64,000 nucleotides of DNA from Fistulifera solaris (GCA_030295235.1 AP026167.1:868001-932000); one strand, 5' to 3'. Positions 33,912 through 46,573 are shown, counted from the first letter of the stretch. A program made the numbers and translations. Notes: generated by a model from the letters alone, not told the origin.

Positions 33912-36649
33912 TTAGAAGAATTCCAGACACTGCGGACATTTGCCAACACAATTGGTCCAGGCACATCGTTCTGCCCAGGGATACGTATCGCTGCTTTTGC
34001 ACTCCGCTGGACATGTTTCGTCCGTAATACACTCGCTGCACTGTGCGCAAGAATCCCAAACGCATTTGGTGGGCCATGGTTCTTCGGATGTTTTGCACCA
34101 GTCGCGACACACTCCGTACTTTGACATTAAAAACGGATCGAATGACAAATACTTCCTAGTGTTGGGCCATTCCTCCCATTTCACGTTAATGGGCGTTCGT
34201 GCGTGACACAAATGCACAACGTACAAGTCACGCAATACACTCATGGAAAACCCACCACGGTCAAGTTCTTGGAACCACGACACTTTGTCGTAGCCGTACC
34301 CTCGAATACCCGTCCAAAAGCGAGGCACCACCGGTATGTAACCAATCACGTATGGCTCGTACTGATGCTCCCACTTGATGGGATAATGGGTCGATTCGGT
34401 GAAGGTGTACCACTTTTCGGCGTTACTTGCTCTCTGATTGAGTGGTTCTATATCAGAGTAGATGACCCAGGCCGTCTTCTCCCCTATCATGCGAACGAGA
34501 TCTTGCTTCGACGCGGGTAAATTGCTTTCGGTGGCGTCCACTTCTGGTGCTTGACTGACGCCACCAGGGCACACTTCAAACGCCGGTAACACAAACAAGC
34601 TTCGACTGTGGTGCATGTCTTGAAGCATCTGAGGGTTGTTCTTGAACAACTCGCGCGTTGTGGCGAAGGAATTGGGAGGAACGATCAGATCCACGTCGAG
34701 CAACAAGAAGTAATCCGTGCCAGTGTTTTCCATGCCGAGATTACGCAATGCATTGTAGGGATAGGTCCACTGCATGGTAGGCTCCGGATACGGCGAAAAA
34801 TCAACAATCTTTTCCATCAAAATGTGAACGTTGCTTTCACGTAGATGCCACGCGATAGTGTAATTCGAAAGCCAGTCCGCGATTATTTCGACATCTTCGG
34901 CGCTCTGTATGTAGAGTGCAATGGAACCGGGCCCATTCCATTTTCGCAAATTGATGATCAAATTGGCGAGTTTGCCATGACTTGCGGAAGCTTGCATGGT
35001 AAGGACAACTTGCTCAGAATTTTCCACGTCGACTTTGCGAGGAACAAAGTTAACGATTGATTTGCTCAGCGGAGTAGTCGAGTTCAACGAATACGCATCG
35101 GCTTCTAGCTTTTCCCACTGTTCCATGAGCTGGTCTTTGTGTGTTCTTGGAGTCCACACCTTTTCCGTTAACATTTTCTCGCGCCACCAGATTTCCCAGT
35201 CTTTTGTAAGACTGCGATTTGTCAAGTCGTGAATGGTCTCTTCCATGGCTTCTACAGAAGCCCGACTTTTGGTCTTCACAATATCGTGAGTGCTTCCATC
35301 TTTCGTCAAGCGACTGTCGCAAGTGGCTCGGGCCCACCAATACTCGGTCTCGTACTTGACCATGATGCCTTTATGCTCTTGACCGCCGGCGAAAAAGCCA
35401 TCTATTTGTGCACATGGTGCCAATGATAGCAAACACGTGAGAATGAGAAATACCTCGACAATCTTTGACGATAATCACGCACACACAATGACTCATCATG
35501 CTACTTACATGGAACGTCACCCGTGCGTCTCATATCTCCATCTTTAGCCATGCACGTGAACATGTTGCGAGGCGTACGACTAAGCTTCAGATTGTGATAA
35601 TTCCAAGCCGCCAGGAGCAAATGTTCGGGGGATTCGATCTCGTAAAATGTTTTGTTGGAATATTCATTTCGCAGAAACGGAGGAAGAACATCTAAAGCAC
35701 TGAGGATGTCGTTTTTGGATGCCACAAAGTTGCGATCGTTGATAGCTCCCCAATCCTCGCCTTCCGGTACAACGATGGTGTCTTTCGGTAAAGTGGAAAG
35801 ATCGTAAGGACACATGTAAAACTGATCGGTGCGTGTCACAACGAAGCGGTCGTATTGCTCCAACATGTTGTGCTCAACGATGTGCTGCGCTAACCAGTAG
35901 CGCATCATGTTCTGGATGGCTCCGGACGTTTTATGGCCCTTGACACCTCCTAGGACACCAGCTTCTCTTGCCCTTCCCTGAACACGTGGTTCTACTTCTT
36001 CTCTCCATCCTGGGATGTTCAAAGTATCTGAGCGTCAACGAGAGTAAGTGTATAGTTAGACACGCTCGTTATTGATGAGTTCGACTCTTGCAATCACGGG
36101 TAACCGCTTACCTAGAGCATCGCCCCAATCTTCATATTCCTTTTCACGAAAGACATATTTGGCTCGTTTCCACAGAGACGCATCGTTGTACTTGTCGTCA
36201 CTGGAGCCCACAACAAGTCCCAAATCAGCACTATTATAATCAAGGACGTTCTTGTACAGCGATTCCCACGCCGGCTCTCCACAACGAAGGTTTCCGATCA
36301 AGAAAACAATAGTGCGATTGCCTGGAGCTCGTAGAAATCTTTGTTGCGTAATGACACCACTCATAAGCACACCATGGCTTACGATAGCCGCAATCCCAGC
36401 AATGAAAAGAACTTGCAACAACATAAATCGACGTTTCGGTGGCGCACGCCTCTTCGGCGGTGATTGCTCTCCTGAGAGATGCTTGCGCCGACGGAGTGGA
36501 GACGAGGGAACCTCCGAGAAGTTTACATCATTGTCGTCGTAACTATCCGAGAATTCCGTGCAACACATTGTTTCATCTTCCTCGTCGGTCTTTTTAGGAT
36601 CGTTTTTGGGACTATTGTAAGGAGACATGCTGTATCGTTTAGGAATCAT
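33912..36649 (-). CDS. Two-domain type II membrane glycosyltransferase: unclassified GT-like domain + GT49 + Cys/Trp tail (848 aa, 3 exons)
   Basis: Exons 36649-36112, 36027-35509, 35401-33912 with GTAAG donors and AG acceptors sum to 2547 nt in frame; first domain has IGNLRCGE and TRTDQFY; GT49 motifs as in the paralog. Confidence 0.85.
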
Positions 36650-37272
36650 TAAGGTATGAGGGCGGGCAAAGGCAATCGTTCAACAGGGTTCGACTCCGCT
36701 TATCATGTGGAATGAAGGCGAATAATACCAGGTAATAATAGTAGTAGATGAGAGTGTTTTATGTTTTATGGCAAGATATGTCGCTGGAGTTTGGCTACAA
36801 AGTGCAATGTTCGCGTTCACGAATGAAGAAGGAGTCTGTCGCGTGCATTATTGCCTCCACTTTCAAGACGGATTATCTTCAATGGAGACGGAGACTAAGG
36901 CTTGTTCTTATCAGTGCACATGTGCAGCATATTTGCACATATTTTTCGAACTAACCCGGAAATGCGCGCCCGTCGGCCATTTTTTCGTGTGCACCGGCTC
37001 GATTAAAATTGCAAAACTCATCAATTATTTATAATTATGCACATCCTTGCACATCGTTGGGAGTCTTGCACACGGATAATTTACGATCGTTCACGAATGC
37101 TTCTTAACAAAAAAAACAACGCAAAATTTTTCGTCCCTATTTCCATTTCGGCTTGCTCTCTTGTTTGCCATCCCCCAGCGCGTTCTTCCGACCAACGTTT
37201 GCTCTCAGAACAACAGTAAATCGTTTGTGGTACTGCATTTACCCTCATAATATAGCCCCATCGGTCAAGAAA

Positions 37273-39175
37273 ATGTCGGCAAGACTCAAGAAACATCCTG
37301 TGACAGGCCATCCCACGAAAGGGAATGCTAATAAGCCAGTGAAAAACAAGACAAAGACGGCCGCAACGGTGAAAACCAAAGCTCCGGCCGCAAAGGGAAA
37401 GCCGAAGAAGGCTGCCCCCTCAATGGAAGTGATGTTCACAGCACCCACTGAAGACCGGTCTGGCAAGGTCAAAAAGGTTATTGTGATCTCGGACATCCGA
37501 GATGCCAAAACCGCCACTTTGAACTTCGCAATCATTACAGGTGCGTAAAGTGTGGCTTTCAATTGCACAACAGTGAATTTGGCTGTGGGCATCCATACTC
37601 GACGGCCAGCGGGCCATGTAATTTGCCCTGATGGATTTGGTTGCGATTTGGGAAGGAAGATTCCTGCAAGAGGAAATCTTTCTTCGGATGACTCAACGAT
37701 GGCGATTCGTTTACTCCACAGGTAACCCATGTCAAACGTTCTGTGGCTCCGACTTGATGACTCTTCTGATGAATCTGAATCTGAAATGGAGGACTGGGAT
37801 TTGGGACGCTTGCATAGGAAGCGTCCACCGCGAAACTCCAATGCTTCGCGAACTTGTGCCCTTAAATGATGGGGAGTTTCCCATTCCGGATCCTTCTGAT
37901 GATGATCAGACCACTGATGGCAAGCCAGCAGCTAAGGAGACCGGGTCGAAGAAAACATCATCCGCCAGCAAGACGAAGAAATCATCGCCCACAGACTCTG
38001 ACGTTCCCGACAGTGACGGAAAACCTGTCAACTCTTTTTTCCGACTTTATTTTGACACCGACGGAAAGGTTGTGGGTTACGACAATAAGACCTGGAAAGA
38101 AATCTCTGCCCAAGCAATGCGCACTATTGTTTCACAATGCACTGGAATGGGTACGGCGCGAGTATGCCTAAACACGAAATGATCCAAGCCATGGAGAAGG
38201 AATATGACGAATGGGATCAAATGGGCCGCCCGCCACCCGGCAATAATCTTGGAAGACACGGAAAACAGAAAGTTTAAGCCCGATAAAGCAACTGCTAACT
38301 GCAAGATGCGTTTGTTCAATGTTGTCTTCTCAGCCCGATCATGTGAGCGACTTAGAGAACTTGATGAAGAAGGGTGATGGAAGGGACAACCAAGACATTG
38401 CAATGGCAAAGCATCAACAGTGGTTCTGGAGACCCGTGCGTGAGTCTTATGTTGATTCGATAGAAGAATATGGAATAAACAAGTACGAAGACAACGAGTA
38501 CTTCAAGGATCGCCCGGTCTTGATCTTAATCACTTCTGTGAGCATCCTTGGAAGAAGTTCGCGGAGATGTGGAAAGCGTGTTGTGCGGAATACAATAGAC
38601 ACAAGAAGAACTACACTGCATCCGGGCAGCACTCGAATGACTTCTATCAGTTCACAAACGGTAATCTTGTCATGTATTACTTTCATTTGTGCTTGAGAGA
38701 TAAACCTAACGTTATTGACGTCGTTGAGGCCGATCTTCCAGACCAAGAAGGACTAAACGGTAATGCGTACATAACAGTGGCAGCTGGAAACAAGCGGAAA
38801 AAGGAAACTGCTTTCACGGATATCTTGAAGGAGTTGGTCGATCGAGAACCGGAATCATCGGAAATCAAGGAACTGGTTGAGTTTCACAAGCAGTCGCATG
38901 AATTGGAGATCAAAAAGTTGCAATTTGCTCAATCAACTTCACGATCTTGAAGAAGAGCCGGCGTCAAGAAGAGAAGAGAGCCGCATTATGGGAAGAACTC
39001 AAGAGACGTAGACAATCGTCTTGAACGATTGTTTGTCATACTTGACAACGATCCTCCGCAACACCGTGTGGAGTATTACAGAAGCGATTTGACGACGTAT
39101 ATGAATAGGAAAGAGGAGCTTAAAGCTATTCTGTTTCCAAAAGCCGATAACGATCCTACACATAAAGCGGTTTAA
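37273..39175 (+). pseudogene. Harbinger accessory (Myb/SANT-like DNA-binding) ORF, several frameshifts
   Basis: K-rich N-terminus; RLFNVVFS, FWRPV, HPWKKFAEMW, SGQHSNDFYQF...YYFHL across frames; lies within the TIRs; SANT-like identity inferred from Harbinger architecture. Confidence 0.7.
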
Positions 39176-39217
39176 AGAATACCATAACCTATGTAATGAC
39201 AGTTAAACTTACTCAAA

Positions 39218-40411
39218 TTAGTATCCACCATTTCTAGTCAGGTTACGGGCGGTTCGGGCTACCCCTTTTCAATGATCTTGTCGACGATTGCTTGCCGAAC
39301 AAGGTTGGAATTTCTTTGCGGGCGACCTGCGGCAGAGCGTTCCAAGTTTGCAGGCTTTCGCTTGCTGCTGGTCGGCGCCTACCTTGTGGGCTATCAAAGT
39401 AGGTGTGGGCCATGTCCTTTTGGTCAATACAAAAGTTATGTAGCCGAGCAATACACTGAATAAAAGTATAAATTCGGGTTTGTTTGATCAAGACCAAGGA
39501 CCGAAGTACACGCCAGCGTTGCGTCATCATACCAAACGCACATTCGATCTTCATCCGAAGCTGACTGAGAAAGTAATTGAAGTCGCTCTTTGATCGATCA
39601 GATCTCTGTGAGCCAGTAAAAGGAGTCAAAACCTTTGTTGAACACGTGTACGCACTATCCGCCACTATATATTTCCAATACGGTAGGTTAGCAACCAACT
39701 TTGGCAACTGGGTGCTGTTGAAGGCTCGACTATCACTGCAACTCCCAACCCCCCAGTATCTATAAAGAGAAAACGAGATCTTTCATCGCACACAGCTTGT
39801 ATGTTGACTCCGTGCACGAACTGTAATGACCAGAAAAAATGAGCCATGGCCGTTTTAGTTTCCGAACTATAAGGAGCTCTTGTCTCTAAATGGTATCCAT
39901 CGAGGCACCCAACACATCCACTCATTATTCCATGCGAGGAAATGTTCTTGAACTTCTTAGCTGCTTCGTCTATTTCGGTCGGAGTCGGGAAAATGTAGTT
40001 TCAGGGCGTCACATCTGACTATCGCCTGCATCACTTTATGGAGCAATCGGTAAAATGACTGCATGCTGAGACCCATTTGATCGCTCACGTCGATGTATGA
40101 CCCGCCAGCAAGCCAGCGTGAGGAGCATGTGAACCTGTACCTCAACTGGGATTGGCTTAGTTCCTGCTATCCCAGAAGAATAATGAAGCGGGAAGGTGAG
40201 GCGAAATCAAGTCGACCAACAACAAAAATGACTGGATCTGCATCCTGTTCTTTCGGGAAAACTGTTTCTCGGATTGTCTCATTAGCCGTTGAACATAGAG
40301 ATCCCAGTCCATACGTTCATAGACTACCTTGGGTTCTCTTGCTTTTAAAACAATACTGGCGGCTAGCATCAATTTCCTTAGAAGCTTCTTTCGAGCAACG
40401 TATTTCAACAT
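39218..40411 (-). pseudogene. Harbinger DDE transposase (DDE_Tnp_4), frameshifted
   Basis: RWLAGGSYID, GCVGCLDG, NIQAVCD, YIVADSAY, FNYFLSQLRMKIECAFG, RWRVL, LHNFCI in successive frames. Confidence 0.92.
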
Positions 40412-41865
40412 TATGCACTCCTCCAGAGTTTTCGAGGAAACGACTGGTTTTGGTCGTTTCCAATACCTTCATAGGCTTCGCGGTAGAGAGCTTCATGGTG
40501 TACAAATGAGAGAACATGAAGTTAAATAAATGGTCAAGCGCAATGCTAAAAACATTAGGCAAAAATAAAAACAAGAGCAGCAACTTGCGATGATATGCAC
40601 AACGGGGGAGAAATGAAAGCGGTATTATTATTTAAGAAATTTTATGTCTGCTATGACATAAAGAATGGTGTGCAGTTGCACAAGAAATGTGCACTGATAA
40701 GAAGGTGAGTTTTTGGGGCTTTTGCAATCCGATGGCAGGCCGGCGCGCGGTGTGCAGATGTGCTGCACATGTGCAGTGATAAGAACGTACCTAAGGAGTT
40801 GGAATTAGTAATATGTCTTACTTACATATCAAGTAAAATCCGGTATAAAGCAGGGACTTTTCGACTCTATTTCGTACAGAATTCTATTGCCCAACTGTCT
40901 TCCATTCACGAATTCTGCTTCCCGGACTCCCCGGCTCTAAATAATGAGTACCGGTACCACTACCTCAGATGAAATTACGAAAATAAGTTTCGGATCGTTG
41001 TAAAAAAGTAGGCCCGGTGTGGTGTGTGCGATGTGCGAGTGTAGAGAGCAGAGAATGATGGAGAGAGTGGAGAGTGGAGGTAGCAAAATGCAGATTGCAG
41101 ATGGTGTTGCAGTGGAAAGCGGAGGGAAAGAGAGTGCTCGGTGCTCGGTGCTCCCTGCTTGTTTTACTGGACTGAAGAGTCGTGAGTCGCGAGGCTTGGA
41201 GTCTTTCGCTTCTCCCTAGCATCTCTCGAGAGGAGTCGAGAGGAGCATGGAGTGTATCATGCACATGCACATGCACCGCACCGGTACCAGACAGAGACCT
41301 CTACTAGAGAGACACATACAATAGAAACCCCTCTCTCCAGACTCCAGAGAACTGTAATAAAGCTCTTGTGAGGTATGGAGGCGACAAAGCCTAACAACAG
41401 GAAAAAGATTCGGAGTATTTGTGATAGCTATCCTTTGGAGTTATGAGGTGACGCGACGAATGAAGATCATCGGTTGAATCGAACGGTTTCGATCTCGAGT
41501 TTTGATTCCGCAGTTGTAGATGGTTAAAACTTGTTTTCCGCATAAAAAGATTTCGCGTGTAGTATTTGGTCGGTGCCATGTTCATAGCTCATAGCGCATA
41601 GCCTCGTTTCGTCTTCTACTCGACCTCCTTGCTTTCCTGGCGGAGGAGCACGTGGCAACGTATCCGCCATCCGTATGTAATACAGTACAGAACAATAAAA
41701 TAAGTGTTGTTAAACGGCAAATGGCAAAGCCCAAGAATATAGCAAGATTGGTGGATTGACTTGATTGATTTCGAAATTCGAAATCCAACCAAGCGATCAG
41801 CGATCGCGATGTGGCCAGGTTGCGACTTGGTACCGATTGAGAGCCGAATACATGAGACCGTCGTA

Positions 41866-42938
41866 CTATTGTATTTGTTCCAAAGATTCTCGCTTTGCCT
41901 TGCGTTCCGCACGCTTCGCGGCAATACTTTTGGGAGTGTCCAGAACGCGCGGTGATGGCGACCTACACCCACGCGATCTCCGATGTCGACCACGTCGATT
42001 CCTTTCTCGCTTCATGATCTTTCTTGCTTCCTTTACCCATTCGTATTCTTCCGTCGGCATTTGCTGAAAAGGACCTTCCATGATTTGCGTTATTCGGTTC
42101 TCTCCCAAAGGCAAACTAGCTATGCGCTTGAATTGTCCCCCGCCTACATCACCTTGTCGATGCATCAAATATATTTCCTCGACCCAGAACTGTAAGGAGT
42201 CGTCTTTAGGCCACCAAGCAGTAGAACTCAACATATTCTGTGCGGCTTGAGCTTCGGACCGCGAAGCAAAATGACTTAACGTCATGTGCGGCTTGAAACC
42301 ACCGTCTTCACCCACTAGTCGTTGCTCATTACAAAAGGATATTGTTCTTCCAGTAAACGCTGCAATCTCATTATCGGCACTTCCTTGATTGATGCGTTGT
42401 CCGCGTCGGTCCTCTCGCTCGAAGAAGACGGATCTAACCATAAAACACCTCGATTCGACCCTCCAAAAGTGCCAAATTGATTCAATTGAACCTGAAATGG
42501 CTCCACTCGGCGACAAGCAGCTTCCAAGCGTCGTAGGATATCTGAATCGATCACTGCCCTGTCACTAGGGTCGTTCGTCGCGACATAAGGATCACAAAAA
42601 GGATAGAGTAGATTGACATGGGGAGGCCATCGATAGAAACCAGCATCACGGAGTTCAGTACGTGCACGCGTGAGTATTTGCCATATGCGTTCTTCACGTT
42701 CCGGCGGAACCAAACAAACTGTGAAATGATGAAATTTGGGAGGAGATTCGGACGTCGTCGCTGTCATCCGTCGGTCACTTCGTTGTGCCGTTTTGTAGGC
42801 GAAATTGGCAACGAAAGCTCTAGAAAAAGGAATGGTAGTTATTAAACGGCCGAAAAGCAAAGTATGAATAAATAAGATAGGTTTCATAGATGCCAGAAAG
42901 GAAGAAATAAATACTGGTAGTATGAAAGATGAATGCAT
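41866..42938 (-). CDS. 2H phosphoesterase (2'-5' RNA ligase superfamily) with targeting peptide; one frameshift in an A-run near 42333
   Basis: RWPPHVNLLYPF and FKPHMTLSHF motifs, GVLWLDP; adding one base gives continuous YPFCNEQ. Confidence 0.85.
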
Positions 42939-43137
42939 TGAAGGAATGAATTAATTGCTTGAGGGGTAATGCTCTGCGGCGGTTGTTGATTGTTGAACGG
43001 CAAAACAATCCCGCCAATTTAGTCACGTGTCAAGTTTTCAATGCAACTACATTCTACTCCCGAGTACAATCTATTAGCTGTGTCGATGATCCGAGCTAGG
43101 GCTCGGACCGGGAGCAGTCAATATCAGAAACCCTGTC

Positions 43138-44825
43138 TTATTGCTCTCGTTTAAGTTTCATAGAGTCAAGTCTAAACGAAACATCCATGGCATGGGATAC
43201 GGCATCCTCAATTGCTGGTTTCAGAATACTGAATTCATCGAGATCCACAGCTTCCAAAAACTCACACAATACATCCATATGTTGTCACAAGAACAGCGCA
43301 ACGTACTGGTACGTTTCCAGTTTCTGTTCTACCAACGCCGTCGCCATCAGCACTGGCCGCAGTGCGGAATACGACTCTTTCAAAAGGCTTGCCGACTGGT
43401 GGCAGAAGCTCTTCAGCGCATTGAGTTTGTCGATGCCGTATCCATTCGAAATCCTTTCCTTAAACGAGTCGAGAACAGCAATGCTATGGTTCCGCGAAAG
43501 AAGTTTTTCAATCCAGGAGTAAAGAGGGTGCCATGGAACCTGTCGCCATCGTCGTCGTCGTCGTCATCATCGGAGGAATAGTCATCTGAAGGAAAGGTCA
43601 CGAGAAAAGTTCGCAGTGATTCTTGCTCTTCCATAGTCTGGAAAAGACTCTCTAGAGGAAGACCCCAATTCAGGTAACGATGGCAACGGCTCAAATCGAG
43701 ACAAGTCAAGTTTGTATTGATCTTCTTGATAACACCGTTCAACGCTGCGGCAACAAAAGTGAGGAGATAGAATTGGAATGCATCCATGTCTTCATGCCAA
43801 AACGTAAATGAAAAACGAAGTCATTCAAAATGACCCAAACGCGCCACCCATTCCAGCAATTAAATAAAAGGCGATCCCAGTCTCTCCACCCATGCAAGGA
43901 AATTTTGAGACTTAGATCCTTTGCCACAGTGTCAAGCAACTGGAAATCCTTGGACTGAAATTGGGCCGAAAATGGTTTATTTAACAACGAAAATGGAAGC
44001 AGCATGTAGCTTTACGAATAAATCCAGTTGTAAAAGCCGTCGTAGATTGTTTGTAGTAAAAGCCATTTGATCAAGATGTTCGATGCTCTAACGCATTGAC
44101 AAACGCTGTCACGCTGTGAATTTCTTGCAGAGTACCAGCTTCAACGGGTACGGTTGCGACGCTAGAACAACGGATTTCTCTGGGGTAAAAGATACCAGCC
44201 CCAATACAGGCCTTCCGTTTTGGATTTGAGTCTAGTATATGAGTGAGTTGTTTTGCTTTTAAAGCAGTGAAATCAAAATCGAGGATGTTTGTCTTCCTCG
44301 TACTTGTAGAAGACACTAAGCTTTGCATTTTTCATCGTTACCTTGAAGCGACACAAAGAAGGAGGCGGTTTCGGCGATTGCTGCGTCGGTCGTTCCATAA
44401 ATATGGAATAGTTTCTCTCGGCCTTTTCCACCAAACAAGAATCTCCTCGTTTGCAAGCCAAAGGAACTCCGTACGTCGAAATGACGGTTTCATTTTCCCA
44501 CCAAATGGCGATTTCTTCATCTTCCCTTCCACTCAAAGTCACTGTTAATAGTCGGATCTCGCAGCAACTGATACAGGAGTTGATCGACGCCTGACCAGAA
44601 TGTCATTTGTTGTGACGAAAATTCTTTCTTTCTTGTTACTTGCTCCATTTTTGATTCCCTTCTCCAAATTGCGATCCGGAAGTGAATAGAGTTGTTTGAG
44701 ATTGCCGGAAGAATCATAAGGTAATAGCAAATCTCTTCGATTATAATGTTGGAATAGAAATAATAATCGACCGATGTGCTTTCTAAAGGATCGCAACGAT
44801 GAGCAAAATCAGGCAACCACTCCAT
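43138..44825 (-). pseudogene. Multiply frameshifted member of a diatom lineage-expanded family with degenerate LRR-like segments
   Basis: Successive frames give NLTCLDLS, LFQTMEEQESLRTF, YSWIEKLLSRN, LRPVLMATAL; several frameshifts and an internal stop; family assignment is from memory. Confidence 0.6.
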
Positions 44826-45228
44826 CCATGCTGGTGGACCTTTTTGGATTTTTATTGCTCGCGAGGGAAGCGAGCGATGGGCAGACGCCGAAAAACGTCT
44901 TTCTCAATAAATTTTCGCGTTTCGTCGTTCGCACGACACTCCCATATTTTGTGGGTACGGTACGTTACAACGTCACAACACCAGGAAGTCGACAAACTAC
45001 TCCAAAGGAGAATACTTTCACTCAACAACTATCATCATCATTCATTATATGTTCTGAAAAAAAGCTCCCAATGACACAACAACATGAAACTCCTACACGG
45101 AATTCAAATTGACTCATGACCATCCTAGCTCGTTTCTCACTCATGCGCATCGGTACCCAGTCTTTAAGTAAAATTAATCGTTACATAGTCACACCCGTTT
45201 TCATACCAAACGCCCAGTGGAAACGGGT

Positions 45229-45573
45229 CTGGGTAAGTGAAAACACCACACGCCCATATTTTCCGGGTACGTGAAAACACCACTCGCCCATATTTTCTAG
45301 GTACGTGAAAACACAGCACTCCCATATTTTCTGGGTAAGTGAAAACACCACTCGCCCACATTTTCTGGGTACGTTACAACACCACACGCCCATACTTTCC
45401 CGGTACGGTAGGTGAAAACACCACTCGTCCATATTTTCCGGGTACGTGAAAACACCACTCACCCATATTTTCTGGGTACGTGAAAACACAGCACTCCCAT
45501 ATTTTCTGGGTACGTGAAAACACCACACGCCCACATTTTCCGCGTACGTGAAAACACCACAGGCCCATATTTT
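45229..45573 (+). repeat. Tandem array of 10 x 34-bp units (consensus CTGGGTACGTGAAAACACCACWCGCCCATATTTT)
   Basis: Units start at 45229, 45263, 45297, 45331, 45365, 45399 (39 bp, 5-bp insertion), 45438, 45472, 45506, 45540. Confidence 0.97.
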
Positions 45574-45663
45574 CATGGTACAAGTACGTCGAACGACGCG
45601 ATAAAAAATAATGAAGCACCTTGACAATGGTGATTGCACTTTGATGTTTATCATTCTTTCAAA

Positions 45664-46573
45664 ATGATTCTGCTATGCTTTTTGACTCATTTTCTCTACT
45701 CTATAGCTACAGCTTTAGCATCGTCGTCTTCTCAAAGCGTCGGAATCGTTACATGGAATTTACTGGCACCGCAATACGCTGTCGCTCCCAAATATCCTTT
45801 CAGAGATCATCTGGACTGGTCGTATCGTCAAGCGCTCATTATCGATATTTTACAGCAATGTCCAACCAATGACATTATCTGCTTACAAGAAGTGCAAGTA
45901 GATAAAGGGGAAGACTTGCAAGCCGCATTTCAGGACACGCAAATGACCATTTTACAACAAGTACCCCATCATCCCGTCGCTTGTGCGATTCTCGTTCGAA
46001 ACACACACTGGACGGTCTTGCATACAGAATCACGATCACGAGCGTTGTTGTGTATTTTGGAGCACCGGACTTCGGGTCAGTCGTGGTATGTAGCTTGTGC
46101 ATTTGGAAGCGGGAGCTGATAAAGATGAAACGCGCTTCAATCAACTCAAATCACTCTTACAGCGGGTGCATTGTCATCAAAGCGCACGGAATCAATCCGC
46201 TCCTCTGATAATAACGGGAGATTTTAATCTGTGGGAAGCCGCGGCTCATCCGATTTACCAAATATTGGCCACGGGGCGGATACCGCAAGCGTTGCCTTGG
46301 GATCCTCAAAAGATTTGGCTCGAAGCGCCATCGTGGGCGCAGAATTTGTTACCGCTCACCGATACACAAGCATCTCAACAACAACCCACGTTTGCGAGAA
46401 GTTCCATTCTCGATTATATTTGGGTATTGCCGGACTTGAGGGTCGAAGATCGATGGAGGTACGGCAATGTTTTGCGTCGTGGTGATGGCACGTATCCTCC
46501 ACAGCCGTGGCCCAACAAACAAGTACCGTCGGATCACATACCGGTGGGTGTCTTGCTAAAATGGAATGGATGA
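45664..46573 (+). CDS. Endonuclease/exonuclease/phosphatase (CCR4/Angel/PDE12-like), one frameshift near 46097
   Basis: TWNLLA, DIICLQEV, HL, ITGDFN, LDYIW, PSDHIP motifs; hydrophobic N-terminus. Confidence 0.9.

Larger units (their letters stand above)
36899..40791. mobile_element. PIF/Harbinger DNA transposon, full length (3,893 bp)
   Basis: 41-bp TIRs 36899-36939 and 40751-40791 (35/41 identical), flanked by TAA at 36896-36898 and 40792-40794; two convergent ORFs inside. Confidence 0.93.

Noticed and set aside
41391..41800. Possible gene fragment downstream of the 2H gene
   Set aside because: Short discontinuous frames with no identifiable homology
45229..45573. CRISPR-like array
   Set aside because: Units are head-to-tail with no unique spacers, there are no cas genes, and the context is eukaryotic
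2537..45573. One giant 43-kb transposon bounded by the two inverted arrays
   Set aside because: The interior is ordinary housekeeping genes, no matching termini or TSD are seen, and the arrays differ greatly in decay
45164..45654. ORFs with repeated VFTYPEN/CFHVP/FSRT peptides (also 2615-2992)
   Set aside because: Translations of the 34-bp repeat cycling through three frames
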